Below, in pieces: positions 46,317 to 46,351 of a stretch of 46,351 bases of DNA. Every line of letters starts with the position of its first letter. Position 1 is the first letter of the stretch. Location: the IMG/VR virus record IMGVR_UViG_3300032312_000634, positions 1 to 46,351 of that record. The stretch is one strand, 5' to 3'. The position numbers were made by a program, and so were the translations under genes. A model generated the notes under the pieces. That model had not been told where the DNA came from and searched no databases. It was given only the letters and a program-made list of their open reading frames with translations. Origin of the DNA: a virus. Lineage: Duplodnaviria > Caudoviricetes.

Positions 46317-46351
46317 TCAATGTACTTCTCATAATCAACTGCTAGTATATC

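Noticed and set aside
1-46351. tRNA or rRNA genes
   Set aside because: Intergenic gaps are short, and no cloverleaf or T-loop motif was recognised.

Overview
This window is the virion-structure region of a large, AT-rich T4-like myovirus, with gene order resembling aquatic cyanophage/proteobacterial T4-like phages. From the right end it carries gp32 (SSB), a + strand block (gp4, gp2, gp54-like, gp26, gp51 and a tape-measure-position protein with an M23 peptidase), and a long - strand late block. That block runs gp48, gp53, a gp27-like hub, a gp5 split over separate ORFs, gp25, gp6, gp7, gp8, a split VrlC/DUF4815-type giant baseplate protein, and about 18 kb of repeat-rich tail fibre, adhesin and LamG genes. 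The last fibre gene runs off the left edge and is missing from the ORF track. The most unusual feature is the DUF4815-type protein. It is broken in the middle of a structural motif into two separately expressed genes. The first half ends in PPPPAPGRRGR, followed by a splicing-incompetent, Hedgehog-like Hint domain and a ~92-aa amphipathic tail, which suggests autoprocessing or covalent adduct attachment on a virion protein. Other notable points are a three-part lysozyme-less gp5 ending in an HxH spike tip, a GG/ILEI lectin domain inside a gp38-like adhesin, late promoters positioned to give leaderless mRNAs, a 71-bp perfect repeat shared by two fibre genes, and pervasive [A/S/G]-N-[T/V/S/I] motifs in outer virion proteins. 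All family calls come from motif recognition by eye; no searches were run.
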